DNA from: a virus | Lineage: Duplodnaviria; Caudoviricetes | Direction: 5' to 3' (one strand) | DNA length: 57,614 nt | IMG/VR virus record: IMGVR_UViG_3300028844_006223 | Span: 1-57,614 of that record | In this document: in pieces, positions 39,609 to 49,177 of the stretch | Layout of the letters: each line of letters starts with the position of its first letter | How positions within the stretch are numbered: position 1 is the stretch's first letter | Notes under the pieces: generated by a model | Databases searched by the model: none | Told to the model about the DNA's origin: nothing | The model's input: only the letters and a program-made list of their open reading frames with translations | Translations under genes and position numbers: made by a program

Positions 39609-40462
39609 GGGTCAAATCCCCATTCAGCAAGTGAGTTACCATCCGTATATACATCTTTTGCTTTTACTTTTTTACTGATAATACGGAACTTGTTATTTAG
39701 ATTGTCCTGTCCATGTTCCTTTGCATACTGGCGCACGATTGTTACCCAATCACCAGGATTGATGCTATCAATGTTTTCAACTTTAGCATTACTTTTCTTG
39801 ACTTTTTCTTCTTCGTCACCTAACCATTCATAATATTTTTTTGAGCCAAGTTTTTGATATTCTTTTTGAAACTCAGGATGGACTTTGTTTCTTCTCATCC
39901 ACATTGCTTGTGCTTTCTCAAGTGCGTCGAGTCTTTCCTCTTTTGTTTGATTGTGAGGTACTGCACGATAGATCGTTACCTGTCTGTTTGGCTTGTTACG
40001 ATATCCATTCACAACCAATGCTGCATCTTTCTCTTCTTTTGTTCCAGCATATTCTGTCCAGCGGTCATAGTAGTCTTTAGGATATACTTCATTGTGTGTC
40101 ATGTCATGAAGAGGTGCTCCTTCTTTTCCTGCTGATTGATGCTCACCTTTGTAGTCTTCTGAAATGTTTTTCTTACTGACATAAGCTACTGGAATCTCTT
40201 TCATTTTATTCAACCAAAAAGCAACCATTCGATGCCTGCCTTCCATTACAAATAGATGCTTATCATTCTTTTCAACGTAAATCGGAAGTGCTTCTTCACC
40301 TCTCTTTAGCTGATTCAAAATTTTATTTGTTCTTCTTTCATCTTTTGGAAATTCATCATAAGTGCCATGCATTTCCTTTATTTGTTTTTCAAATTTTGAA
40401 ATGGGCTCTTTTTTCAATTCAACTTTTACATTGTCAGCAGAAGTTCCTAACCACTCACTCAC
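39605..40462 (-). CDS. ParB/Srx-like domain fused to an ADP-ribosyltransferase-like domain
   Basis: PIYV...VMEGRHR (ParB/Srx); VTIYRAVP...INPGDWVT...YA..HG...EWG (ART-like); start codon uncertain. Confidence 0.55.
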   Translation of the reverse strand: MSEWLGTSADNVKVELKKEPISKFEKQIKEMHGTYDEFPKDERRTNKILNQLKRGEEALPIYVEKNDKHLFVMEGRHRMVAFWLNKMKEIPVAYVSKKNISEDYKGEHQSAGKEGAPLHDMTHNEVYPKDYYDRWTEYAGTKEEKDAALVVNGYRNKPNRQVTIYRAVPHNQTKEERLDALEKAQAMWMRRNKVHPEFQKEYQKLGSKKYYEWLGDEEEKVKKSNAKVENIDSINPGDWVTIVRQYAKEHGQDNLNNKFRIISKKVKAKDVYTDGNSLAEWGFDP

Positions 40463-40887
40463 ATCCTTGAGGTCTTGTTGAGTAATGCTCTACCAGCAAC
40501 TTTCATTGTATATTCTTTTGGTGTATACTTCTGCGCAATTTTTTTGTACAAACTTGTTCTTGACTTTTCTGCCGCAGAGAACTCTAGTTCTGGTGGCTTT
40601 TTCTTGGTCAAATATTCTTTGCCTACATTCAAAACAGTTGAGATGATTTTTGCTGCTTCTGGTCCTTTTTCACCAGTGATACCAAATCTACCATCTGAAT
40701 TCATGAATGTACCGATGTTCAATCTTCCATCAATATGAACATAGAATGTTTCATTATTTTTTGTTTGAAACTTTCGAACATAATCATCATCTGATGGATC
40801 TAATTTTTCAAGGTCATCATCGCTCAATTCTCGAGTCGGGTATGGATTGTCAAACAGTTCTGTGAGAAATTCGTTATAAGTTTTCAT
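40459..40887 (-). CDS. Putative capsid-internal protein, paralogue of 40884-41324
   Basis: MKTYNEFLTE leader; shares ELFD.P, I.STVL and SR..LY with its neighbour. Confidence 0.7.
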   Translation of the reverse strand: MKTYNEFLTELFDNPYPTRELSDDDLEKLDPSDDDYVRKFQTKNNETFYVHIDGRLNIGTFMNSDGRFGITGEKGPEAAKIISTVLNVGKEYLTKKKPPELEFSAAEKSRTSLYKKIAQKYTPKEYTMKVAGRALLNKTSRM

Positions 40888-41324
40888 TGTGGCTTCACCT
40901 TGACATTCCAACGAATAAGGCCCGAATTCCTTTTCTCTTCTGTCGATTCATATTGAGGATATTTCTTACAAAATGTTGAAATCATTCGACGATACAGTTT
41001 TACTCGACTTGGCTCTGAAGATACTGATTCAACAAAGAAATGATCGGGCTCTTCGGCATCAACAAACTTTTTGAGAATTTTTAGAACAGTTGAAAAGATT
41101 TGAAACTCTTCACCTTTACCTGACTTTGTTCCTTCTTCGTTGCTATCACTATCAAAAGTAAATTCATAAGCACCATTCTTATCAACAATTATACTGACTT
41201 CAATAAATTGACCGTTTGGTGTTTTGAATTCATAAGTTTCTTCATGATCTTCAATGCTATGAACCAATTTATATGGTAAAGGCTTGTCAAATAACTCTGA
41301 GAGTAGTTCTTTATACGTTTTCAT
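40884..41324 (-). CDS. Putative capsid-internal protein
   Basis: MKTYKELLSE leader; GKG..FQIFSTV...SRVKLY. Confidence 0.7.
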   Translation of the reverse strand: MKTYKELLSELFDKPLPYKLVHSIEDHEETYEFKTPNGQFIEVSIIVDKNGAYEFTFDSDSNEEGTKSGKGEEFQIFSTVLKILKKFVDAEEPDHFFVESVSSEPSRVKLYRRMISTFCKKYPQYESTEEKRNSGLIRWNVKVKPQ

Positions 41325-41327
41325 GTA

Positions 41328-41639
41328 TTATTTTTTGGACATGTATGCTTGAGCGCCGAAGTAAAATCCGACAATTGATGCTAAAGAAACATAGAATAAT
41401 CCAAGCAAGTCCGCTAAAGCGGCAACTCTTGCATCGGATATGATAGGTGAGAATAGAGCAATGGTTGAGACCAACATGGCTAAAATTGAAACCCAAGACA
41501 TTCTTCTTTGTGCATCTGCTTTTTCTTCTTTCAATTCAAGTTCAAGAATTGCAGTTGAGCGTTTCATCTCATCGTCAGAAATTTTACCATCTTGGTCAGT
41601 ATCAAATCGAGATCGATATTTTTCTAATAAAGTAGGCAT
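41328..41639 (-). CDS. EF-hand-like two-TM membrane protein (holin-like)
   Basis: DTDQDGKISDDE loop; two TM helices; IVGFYFG. Confidence 0.6.
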   Translation of the reverse strand: MPTLLEKYRSRFDTDQDGKISDDEMKRSTAILELELKEEKADAQRRMSWVSILAMLVSTIALFSPIISDARVAALADLLGLFYVSLASIVGFYFGAQAYMSKK

Positions 41640-41679
41640 GATAGTTTACAGTTAGTTGTTATTAAAAGAATTCTTTTAA

Positions 41680-41687
41680 TATTTATC
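41680..41687 (-). promoter_or_regulatory. Late-promoter-like GATAAATA
   Basis: About 40 nt upstream of 41639, at the head of the capsid-leader gene block. Confidence 0.5.
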
Positions 41688-41910
41688 AATCAACAGTTTT
41701 ACCATTTTCTAAAACTCCAAAGTCAGAGAAACGATACCATACTCTTTCATGTGCATAATATAAGATCATTTTAGTAATTATTTCAACACCTCCAATAGTT
41801 GCGCCAATTGCAGCACTACCTGTAATAATCCAACTAATGACAATTGTATCAAGTGTTCCTAAAATTCGCCAAGTGATTGTTTTGAATAAATGTCTTTTAT
41901 AACTTACCAT
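41686..41910 (-). CDS. DUF2061 membrane protein
   Basis: RHL.KTITWRI.GTLDT...K..LYY.HER.W. Confidence 0.85.
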   Translation of the reverse strand: MVSYKRHLFKTITWRILGTLDTIVISWIITGSAAIGATIGGVEIITKMILYYAHERVWYRFSDFGVLENGKTVD

Positions 41911-42559
41911 AATCCTCTATTATATCATTCAGAATTAAATCCCAAGATTTATCTGAGCCTCTAAATCCATTGTTAACTGGGTCAACATAAACAGGTTCAG
42001 TTAAAATATAACGAATTAACTTATCATGAATTTGTTTCTTATCACGGATAAGATCACCAACATCATTATATTCTGTTTCTATTTCAATTAACTTAAAAGT
42101 ATCATTGTTTATAAAAATTTTTAGGTTTTCAATTAATTTTTCATAAGTTGGATTTCGGTCTTCACCCCATCTTTTACGATGGTCATGTCCATATTTGTCT
42201 AACCATCGTATAAAAATTAAATTATTTTTTTCTTTTGTTAACAAAAGATTTTTAAACGTATGTAAAAATCGGCCTTTCGCTTCTTCTACTGTCTTGTCAT
42301 GACTAAAAATCAAACCAGTTGTTGCATCAATTGGCGTTATATCTTTTGGAGCAGAATCTCTCCATGCATTCATTGAGATTGAAAGTTGATTAATATCGTA
42401 AGAATGTGAAAATATTTTTTCCAATGAATGCAATGGTGTTATACACCAATCAAATGGATAAGAAATTGATTTCGCACCATGCTTTACTTTAAATCGATTA
42501 ATTTGCCATGCAGGACGACACCATGATCCTATAGGAATTAAACAATTAAATTTTTCCAT
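41897..42559 (-). CDS. DUF1796 papain-like peptidase-family protein
   Basis: IPIGSWC..A.Q, SYPFDW, F.HD. Confidence 0.65.
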   Translation of the reverse strand: MEKFNCLIPIGSWCRPAWQINRFKVKHGAKSISYPFDWCITPLHSLEKIFSHSYDINQLSISMNAWRDSAPKDITPIDATTGLIFSHDKTVEEAKGRFLHTFKNLLLTKEKNNLIFIRWLDKYGHDHRKRWGEDRNPTYEKLIENLKIFINNDTFKLIEIETEYNDVGDLIRDKKQIHDKLIRYILTEPVYVDPVNNGFRGSDKSWDLILNDIIEDYGKL

Positions 42560-42944
42560 CTTTTTTCATTTGCTCCCTTATTTTGGTAGCAGATACATCA
42601 TGAATATCTTGAGGAGGAACATGTTCAATAATATCATAACCAACGCCACGACCATAGTTAACTGATTCGATGTCAGGCACGATTGTAGCAATCACTCGGC
42701 CGTCTGCAAACAAATCCCATAGTTCATTCTTAACGTTGTCAAGGATCTGTTCTGCAGTCCAAGGATTGATTTCATCTGGCTTGACATCACGAATTGCAAT
42801 CCAAACATTCTTGCCTTCATTCAATCTTTGATCAATCAACCAACGATGACCGGCATGCCAAGGTTGCCAACGTCCAAAGAATACTGAATATTTCTTTTCC
42901 GAACTTGATGTTTCTTTATCTGCCTTTGCTTTAAAATCTGCCAT
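42546..42944 (-). CDS. Small HUP-fold nucleotidylyltransferase (candidate minimal sulfate adenylyltransferase)
   Basis: GRWQPWHAGH, NP, SATKIR; coupled to cysC. Confidence 0.75.
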   Translation of the reverse strand: MADFKAKADKETSSSEKKYSVFFGRWQPWHAGHRWLIDQRLNEGKNVWIAIRDVKPDEINPWTAEQILDNVKNELWDLFADGRVIATIVPDIESVNYGRGVGYDIIEHVPPQDIHDVSATKIREQMKKDGKI

Positions 42945-43395
42945 AATTTTGCTCCAAAATATCTACAATTTCTCTTACCGAATCTTCTGGTGATTTAATT
43001 GTAGTATCAATTAAATAAAAATTCTTTTCAGGTGGTTCATAATTCTCAACATGAAAATGGTCACGTTCTCTTGGTTCATCTGCAAAGATATAAAACTCAA
43101 CGATGTGATGTTTCATTCTTTCTTTAAACTCTTCACGAAGCCAACGATATGGTGAAACCAATGATACGATTACATTCATATCTTTGTTATGACAAAACTC
43201 GGCAATCATCTGAGCATTGCGAATGTTGTTAATTCTTCCCTGTTCGGAATAATCTTTGTTAACAGTAAGTTTTCTTAGATCATCTCCATCTACCTGAACG
43301 GTCGGTTTATTATTTTTTAACCATAAAGTATCTTTGAATAAATTTGACAAAACAGTTTTTCCATGTCCTGGTTGTCCAGTCATCCAATAAATCAT
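42931..43395 (-). CDS. cysC: Adenylylsulfate (APS) kinase
   Basis: WMTGQPGHGKT, DGDDLR, DYS..GR..NI, VSLVSPY...R, YEPP. Confidence 0.85.
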   Translation of the reverse strand: MIYWMTGQPGHGKTVLSNLFKDTLWLKNNKPTVQVDGDDLRKLTVNKDYSEQGRINNIRNAQMIAEFCHNKDMNVIVSLVSPYRWLREEFKERMKHHIVEFYIFADEPRERDHFHVENYEPPEKNFYLIDTTIKSPEDSVREIVDILEQNYGRF

Positions 43396-44870
43396 GCTGC
43401 TCCTTGCTGCTGACGATATTGAACACCTACACCATCTTTAGCTCCTTCAGGAATTGGTTGTCCAAAGTGTTCATAATGAAAATTAAAGTTTGTGCGATAG
43501 TTTACTGTTGGTGTATTATAATGTCGAAACCGAATATTATTTTTTCGTATTGTAGAATATAAAACTTTATCACCAAATATATGCATATTACTTTCCATTT
43601 CCCACCAAACGTTTGCGATTCTTCGTGCATCCTTATGAATCATATAACAGTTTGTATCAACAAATTTAAACGCATCAGTTTCAAAACATAAACCCATGAC
43701 TTCACCTTCAAGGTTACAAATGTTTCTTTGACATGTTGCGATTGGTTTTTCAGAACTTAAATCATCAATCATTTGTTCAACATGATTAGGCTCTAGCCAG
43801 TTGTCATCATCTAACCAAAATACCGCATCTGCTCCTCGCTGAAATGCAGAAACAGTACCAATATATCTAGGAGTATCACCATAATCTCTGTGCGGTTCTG
43901 ATAATTCAATAATCTCAATATCAGTTAAATTATAAAGTGCATTAATCTTTGACTTGGCTTGTGGTCCGTCAAGTACTAAAATATGTTTCACTTTTTTATG
44001 AGTTTGATTGCGAACAGATTCAATATTTTGTTTTAAATATTCAATATTTGGATCAAACACTGGAGTGATACAATATACATTCATGTTATCTTTTTTTGGT
44101 TTTACATTATAAATTTTTCGAAAATCATCAAGACTTTCTCTTTTTAAAGTTTGATCACCTACAGTAATATATTCACCAATAGGCCAATCTTTTGGATTCT
44201 CAATCATATGTAACACAAACTTTTTTTGACGTTCATGCCAATCGGTTTCTGTAACTGTATCAATTTCTCGATCATTATTTTTAGCAGTTGGGTGTGGATT
44301 GTAAATAGTATAATCATCAATTACATGAAAGGGCATCATATTATTATTGTGTGCAACATTTGATAGCATGATATCAATTGCTGTTGAATACTCAAGTTCA
44401 AGTTCAAACCATTTTTCGACAAGTAATTTTAATAAATCTTGACGAATGATCATGAAACACATTTCAACAAAATTTGATTGTCTTGTGCCGCTTCCTGTAG
44501 ATTTAAAAATTGGTGCAAAGAAACCATAGTCACTTCCATCTCTACTGAATGTACATGCGCTCCAATTATTTTTTGAAGCTCGGTCAAATGCTTCTTCAAT
44601 CTCTTTTGGTCTTATAAGCAAATCACTATCTGCAATTAAAACATATTCATAATCTTTAAAATGTTCATAATTGTCTGCAAACTTAGACCAAATCATTCCT
44701 TGTTCTGCAGAAATAAAATTAAAATTTAAACTATTAAGTTGCTCAAGAACTTTGTCATCCTTACCATAAAAATTAATTGCACGGTCATAAACAGCAGATT
44801 CTTTTTCTGCCCATGAAAGCCATTGGTCATCATTGTCACCTACACCTGTGAAAATCAAATATTTATTCAT
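43392..44870 (-). CDS. Two-domain glycosyltransferase (GT-A-like N-terminal domain plus GT2 C-terminal domain)
   Basis: C-terminal ITPVF...IESVRNQT...VLDG...WLDDDNW; N-terminal IADSD and NFVE. Confidence 0.75.
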   Translation of the reverse strand: MNKYLIFTGVGDNDDQWLSWAEKESAVYDRAINFYGKDDKVLEQLNSLNFNFISAEQGMIWSKFADNYEHFKDYEYVLIADSDLLIRPKEIEEAFDRASKNNWSACTFSRDGSDYGFFAPIFKSTGSGTRQSNFVEMCFMIIRQDLLKLLVEKWFELELEYSTAIDIMLSNVAHNNNMMPFHVIDDYTIYNPHPTAKNNDREIDTVTETDWHERQKKFVLHMIENPKDWPIGEYITVGDQTLKRESLDDFRKIYNVKPKKDNMNVYCITPVFDPNIEYLKQNIESVRNQTHKKVKHILVLDGPQAKSKINALYNLTDIEIIELSEPHRDYGDTPRYIGTVSAFQRGADAVFWLDDDNWLEPNHVEQMIDDLSSEKPIATCQRNICNLEGEVMGLCFETDAFKFVDTNCYMIHKDARRIANVWWEMESNMHIFGDKVLYSTIRKNNIRFRHYNTPTVNYRTNFNFHYEHFGQPIPEGAKDGVGVQYRQQQGAA

Positions 44871-45646
44871 TAGTCCTCCATTATAAAACGAAGCCGATTA
44901 AAAGTATTTCGCCAAAGAAGTGAGTTATTATCATTAAATTTATTATATCTCTCATACAAAGAAGTGCGCATGTCAAGAAGGTCACGATCATGCCATTGAT
45001 AATTACGAATATATAAATCTTGTTTTGCTAATACACGCATTAAATTATACCAAATATCATCACCAGTTGAGCAATGTTTCATGAAGATGTCTTCACGAAA
45101 AAATAAATCTTTAACTTCTTTAAACATTGAAGAAGAAAAAACAGTTCCAGCGCCATTAGTTGAAAAATTATAAACACTTCGATTATGTATTATCTTTCGA
45201 AACACTTGATACTGAAACTGATTCATTGTTTCAAAACTTGTTACATTTGATGTGAACCCACGATAATTGATTGAACATTGTTCACGTTCATAATCATTGA
45301 GAAGATTTTCAAATAAATTTTTATTATATACAAAATCATCATCAATTGTTATCATGAGTGATTCACTTTCCCACAAGTCTTTCATAGTATATATTAACTT
45401 ACGATATGACCCAATATTCTTTACCCAGCGGATCTCAATACGGTCTGAAAATTTTTCAAGAACTTGATTTAATTGTGGATGTGTGATTTGTTTATTCGCA
45501 AAACCTTTATCAAGTAAATAAGGCTCTTCAGATAAATGAAGAAGAACTTTTTCTGGTTGCCGAGTCTGATTTGTTAAGAGATGATTTAAAACAAATGCAC
45601 ACCGATCTTGTTTTTCAAAGATTGTTGTTAAAGTCACATAAAACAT
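44870..45646 (-). CDS. GT-A fold glycosyltransferase
   Basis: VTLTTI, GSYRKL, ITIDDD, GAGT, DDIW. Confidence 0.7.
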   Translation of the reverse strand: MFYVTLTTIFEKQDRCAFVLNHLLTNQTRQPEKVLLHLSEEPYLLDKGFANKQITHPQLNQVLEKFSDRIEIRWVKNIGSYRKLIYTMKDLWESESLMITIDDDFVYNKNLFENLLNDYEREQCSINYRGFTSNVTSFETMNQFQYQVFRKIIHNRSVYNFSTNGAGTVFSSSMFKEVKDLFFREDIFMKHCSTGDDIWYNLMRVLAKQDLYIRNYQWHDRDLLDMRTSLYERYNKFNDNNSLLWRNTFNRLRFIMED

Positions 45647-45648
45647 AA

Positions 45649-46281
45649 TTAGTTATTTTCATTAAAAATAAAGTTTTGTATTTCAATATTACTAAATCCG
45701 TCGATTTGCCAGCCAAGTTTCTCAGAAGTTCCAAACCATTTTTCATCAGTTTGCCATTTTCTCCAGAAGATATCAATAGCATACGTTCTTGTAGGCTTTC
45801 CTAATAATAACTGACTTGCTGCAAACTCAATTTCAGGTAACATTGTTTTTAAAAAATTTACATTAGCAAAATAAGAAGTTGTAGTTATAAATTTATGACA
45901 ATGGACTAACTTTTCATATTTGCTTTTGAGTAATTCTGATTCATTGCGATATGCAATTTGAATTACATTATAATCAATAGTTTCAAAAAAATCAAAATAT
46001 TCTTCAAGTATATTTGTTTCAACCCACCACTTTAAATCATCCTCAATTATTAGAATATTTGAATAATTATTTTCAATCGCATGTTTCCAAATACCAGTAT
46101 GTGAGTATGAACATCCTGCCGCTCTTTGTTCTCGCATTGGATAGTTTGTATGATCAACAGCAGAAATTCGAACTACTTTATCAGCATGTTTTTTTGGAAT
46201 CAAAGGTATCACATTTTGTTCAATATGTTTCCATCTATCAGTTCTTTTGTCGAGATTAATAATATAAATTTTATCTAGCAT
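45649..46281 (-). CDS. Glycosyltransferase family 25
   Basis: YIINLDKRTDR, AVD, GCSYSH, IIEDD, AID. Confidence 0.85.
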   Translation of the reverse strand: MLDKIYIINLDKRTDRWKHIEQNVIPLIPKKHADKVVRISAVDHTNYPMREQRAAGCSYSHTGIWKHAIENNYSNILIIEDDLKWWVETNILEEYFDFFETIDYNVIQIAYRNESELLKSKYEKLVHCHKFITTTSYFANVNFLKTMLPEIEFAASQLLLGKPTRTYAIDIFWRKWQTDEKWFGTSEKLGWQIDGFSNIEIQNFIFNENN

Positions 46282-46282
46282 C

Positions 46283-46900
46283 TTATTCTATAACTTTCAA
46301 ATAATTGTTTGTGTCATTAGTAATATTGTTCCATAGTAGGACATCTTCATGAAAAACTCGTTCAACCCATTTAGAAACTGCTTCACGGTCATAATCTTCA
46401 TTTTTATTTGAAGTGACATTGATTTTTTTTACGACTTCAAGTTTTGGCAAGCCAAGTAGTTCAAGTAACTTTGAAAACTGAACATCAATATCATTTGAAT
46501 ATTTTAGAATAATAGTTCGGTCATTTGCAGAATCAATAAGCCAACTTTTTTGAGGAGCAAAATGCCATTGAGGTTTAGTGATTTCTGTATCTAATTGGCT
46601 CATAAATTCATCATCGTTTTGGTCCCAATAATACATAAATTCATCAATAGTTTTTGCTTTTCTTACAAATTGTTTTTTGAATGACCACTCAGAATTTATT
46701 GCACCATGTCTCCAATAGAAATACGAACTTAAAAAACGGTCAACAGGTTCACGAACAATTGCAAATGAATAAGGATAATCTATATTTTTTTGTTTATGTC
46801 CAAATGAAGGATGTAAAAAAAATTTAGCATATCTACTTCTTATTAATTTTTCAATCGTATTTCCTCCAGATTTAGCAATATGTACAAACCCTAATTTCAT
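46283..46900 (-). CDS. Sulfotransferase (Sulfotransfer_2-like)
   Basis: 5'-PSB loop FVHIAKSGGNTI; 3'-PB motif VREPVDRFLSSY; HFAPQ. Confidence 0.85.
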   Translation of the reverse strand: MKLGFVHIAKSGGNTIEKLIRSRYAKFFLHPSFGHKQKNIDYPYSFAIVREPVDRFLSSYFYWRHGAINSEWSFKKQFVRKAKTIDEFMYYWDQNDDEFMSQLDTEITKPQWHFAPQKSWLIDSANDRTIILKYSNDIDVQFSKLLELLGLPKLEVVKKINVTSNKNEDYDREAVSKWVERVFHEDVLLWNNITNDTNNYLKVIE

Positions 46901-46902
46901 AT

Positions 46903-47781
46903 TCAAAATTCCAAAATATTGTAAAAGTTTTCAAATTTGTCTACTTCATAAAAATAATTGAAATGTGGATAAAAATATTTTATGTTGTTATTTAATAGAC
47001 AAGGTACAAAAGAAAAACTACTTTTCGATGTAATCAATATATCTGCAGAACATAACATATGAAATGATTCAAATTCATTTTTATCTAAATGCAATTCTAC
47101 ATTTTCTGAAAGTAATGGTTTTAATTGATTTAATGTACCATCACTGACAATATTCACAATGTGGTCTGAATATTTTATTTTTAATTTTTTAATCAAATCT
47201 ATATAAAATTTTAAATCAATATATTTACCTGGATATTTTTCTGGAGTAATATCTCCTAATCGTATATGTATTACAATGTTCTTTTTATTATTTTTAAAAT
47301 TATATGTTGTTTTTTCTTTCCAATAGCAATCATAAAAATATTGTTTATAATTAAACAATAAAGAGAAATGATAACTTGAAAAATTGTCAATAGGTAATTT
47401 AAAAATTACTTTATCATTGTTTCTAAATAAATTTTCCCAAGTTGATAATCTATCATTAATATTTTTTATATCTTTTAAATCATTAATATGTTTTGTATGT
47501 AATAAATCTATTTTAGGTAGATTAATTAATTTATGGTCTAATGGTCTTTTTGTATGTAATTTATCTTTAAAATTTAAGTAGTCATCCCATTTTATTTTTG
47601 GATTGTTATCAATAGTAAAACTCCAATTATTAGTAGAATTATATTTGCGATTTGTTTCAGTAAAGGGAGTGTGTATAAAAGTTAAGTTATATATTTTTGA
47701 TAACAAGAATCCAAAGGACCACATAACAAATTGATGTCCAATGCCTGCCCAATTTGTACTATTTGATTCAATATAATTCAT
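46903..47781 (-). CDS. Fucosyltransferase-like protein (GT11/GT23 type)
   Basis: GIGHQ, VIHIRLGD, VSD, SSFS GDP-fucose-binding motifs. Confidence 0.7.
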   Translation of the reverse strand: MNYIESNSTNWAGIGHQFVMWSFGFLLSKIYNLTFIHTPFTETNRKYNSTNNWSFTIDNNPKIKWDDYLNFKDKLHTKRPLDHKLINLPKIDLLHTKHINDLKDIKNINDRLSTWENLFRNNDKVIFKLPIDNFSSYHFSLLFNYKQYFYDCYWKEKTTYNFKNNKKNIVIHIRLGDITPEKYPGKYIDLKFYIDLIKKLKIKYSDHIVNIVSDGTLNQLKPLLSENVELHLDKNEFESFHMLCSADILITSKSSFSFVPCLLNNNIKYFYPHFNYFYEVDKFENFYNILEF

Positions 47782-48646
47782 TAATAATATTCCTTAAATA
47801 AAACCACCAATTGTATTTGTTTAAGATCAAATATCTGGCTTCTTCAATTGCAATTATTTCATCTTTACTCACAGGTTCATTTATCATTTCAATAGTTTCT
47901 TTATCCAAAGGTTTTGAAATATCAACATAACGATATGAATTTTCAGGATAAATTTCATTTATATTTGGACATCCCCAATAAATAGGCAATGTCCACATCA
48001 ACAAATCTTCATTAACACGGGTAATAAAATTCTTTTCCTCTCCGTTTTCAAAAGAGAAACTTTTATAATAATTTTTTAAAATACTTTTATCTTTATTCTT
48101 ATTGATTCCTTCTTTATTACAATAATTTTCTGGTAGTCCTTTATAATTATTAAAAGAATTTTTTAAATTTGGTTTACCATAGAAATCTATATTAAATATT
48201 TTTTGAATGTTCTTTAACCAGTTATATCTTAATTTTTGTCCATGTGTTTTTTGTTTTTCAGAAACTATGCTGATATATTCTTTATCTTTTAATATTTCAT
48301 TATATTTTAAATTAATTAATTCATTATAATTATAATTCAACCACCACATTACAAAACAAAAATTTTTATCATATGTAATTAGTTTATCTGCATATGATTT
48401 TAAATTTAGATTTAAACAATTCAAAAAAGAAGGTTCTCTTTGAAATAAAAATACTTTTGAATTTGAATTACGATTCTTAAATGCATTCATATAATTTGAA
48501 TGAATATTGTCATGAATACAAATAATATCTGCTTCGTTTATATTTGAGGTAAGATCAAAAAAATTAAAATTATTTGGTTTTTGAAGTTCTAACCTTAAAT
48601 TATAATTCACTTCATTCCAAGAAATAATGTTATATATTTTTAACAT
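47768..48646 (-). CDS. Alpha-1,3-fucosyltransferase-like protein (GT10)
   Basis: EP, IVS.K...GQKLR, FSFEN...IT....PIYWGCPNI. Confidence 0.75.
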   Translation of the reverse strand: MLKIYNIISWNEVNYNLRLELQKPNNFNFFDLTSNINEADIICIHDNIHSNYMNAFKNRNSNSKVFLFQREPSFLNCLNLNLKSYADKLITYDKNFCFVMWWLNYNYNELINLKYNEILKDKEYISIVSEKQKTHGQKLRYNWLKNIQKIFNIDFYGKPNLKNSFNNYKGLPENYCNKEGINKNKDKSILKNYYKSFSFENGEEKNFITRVNEDLLMWTLPIYWGCPNINEIYPENSYRYVDISKPLDKETIEMINEPVSKDEIIAIEEARYLILNKYNWWFYLRNIINELY

Positions 48647-49173
48647 TTTTTTACTTCTACGTTTAAACTCATTAATTTACCATTTTCAAAATCCATATGT
48701 GGAATATATGCTTTACTATAATCATCATAATTTTCTGGTAAAAAATCTTTCCAATTATAATATTTCACTTCTGAAAAACCGACATCAGTCAAAATATCGT
48801 GTAAAAATTCAAAATCAAATATTACATGGTGATAATTGTAATCATAAGTTTGTCCTCCGAATAATAAACCGAGTAATTGATTAAGGTCTTTTGTTTCCTG
48901 ATATTGTTCAACTACTGCTTTAAAATTAGGAACAGATATTCTCAATATACCGTCATTTTTTAAAATACGAAACCATTCTTTCAATACATTATGAATTTGA
49001 TTTCGTTTAAAATGTTCAAGAACATGACATGCATAGATTTCTTCAACAGTATTGTTTTCAATAAATGATAATTCACTTATATCAGAAACATAGTCTATAT
49101 GATCAAAATCAATGACATCTATATGTGTATAACCTGGTAAATATTTTTTACCACATCCTAAATGCAATTTCAT
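48640..49173 (-). CDS. Class I SAM-dependent methyltransferase
   Basis: LHLGCG, HVLEH, EWFRILK.DG.LRISVP. Confidence 0.88.
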   Translation of the reverse strand: MKLHLGCGKKYLPGYTHIDVIDFDHIDYVSDISELSFIENNTVEEIYACHVLEHFKRNQIHNVLKEWFRILKNDGILRISVPNFKAVVEQYQETKDLNQLLGLLFGGQTYDYNYHHVIFDFEFLHDILTDVGFSEVKYYNWKDFLPENYDDYSKAYIPHMDFENGKLMSLNVEVKKC

Positions 49174-49177
49174 TTTT

